Assembly (NCBI RefSeq): GCF_006345805.1
Contig: NW_021829716.1
Span: forward strand, 1 to 7,418
Direction of reading: 5' to 3'
DNA length: 7,418 bases
DNA from: Octopus sinensis
Taxonomy: Eukaryota
Numbering within the stretch: position 1 is the stretch's first letter; each line of letters opens with the position of its first letter. Below, in pieces: positions 7,209 to 7,418 of this stretch. The position numbers and the translations under genes are program-made. The notes beneath the pieces are model-generated. The model did no database searches. It was not told where the DNA came from and worked only from the letters and a program-made list of their open reading frames with translations.

Positions 7209-7418
7209 TTTTACTCTTTTACTCTTTTATTTGTTTCAGTCATTTAACTGTGGCCATGCTAGAGCACTGCCTTTAGTCGAGCAAATCGACCCCAGGACTT
7301 ACTCTTTGTAAACCTAGTACTTATTCTATCGGTCGCTTGTGCCGAACCGCTAAGTTACGGGGACGTAAACACACCAGCGTCGGATGTCAAGCGATGTTAG
7401 GGGAACAAACGGAGACAC
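7209..7418 (-). mobile_element. SINE family 'B', distinct right-edge copy (3' half, cut off by the window end)
   Basis: Begins with the tail TTTTACTCTTTTACTCTTTT, then a body homologous to 4420-4617 with about 18 substitutions (e.g. AGAGCACTG vs GGAGTACCG, CCAGGAC vs CCAGAAC). Confidence 0.9.

Overview
Non-coding, repeat-dense, AT-rich eukaryotic DNA. The SINE families look like those abundant in octopus genomes, which is recognition from memory and not a database result. I find no intact protein-coding gene. The window holds a 554-bp internally deleted mariner transposon (30-bp TIRs, TA duplication, transposase N- and C-terminal remnants), three tRNA-derived SINE families that I label A, B and C, and several microsatellites. 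It also holds a three-unit tandem array with a period of about 1.39 kb (about 2886/3031 to the window end), with SINE-B copies at its edges and junctions. One SINE-A copy sits in array unit 1 only, with a perfect 15-bp target duplication and empty sites in units 2 and 3. I see no convincing new gene system. The most interesting signals are the origin and patchy homogenisation of the array, the filled and empty SINE sites, an inverted pair of near-identical SINEs, and the shared head of SINE-A and SINE-C.
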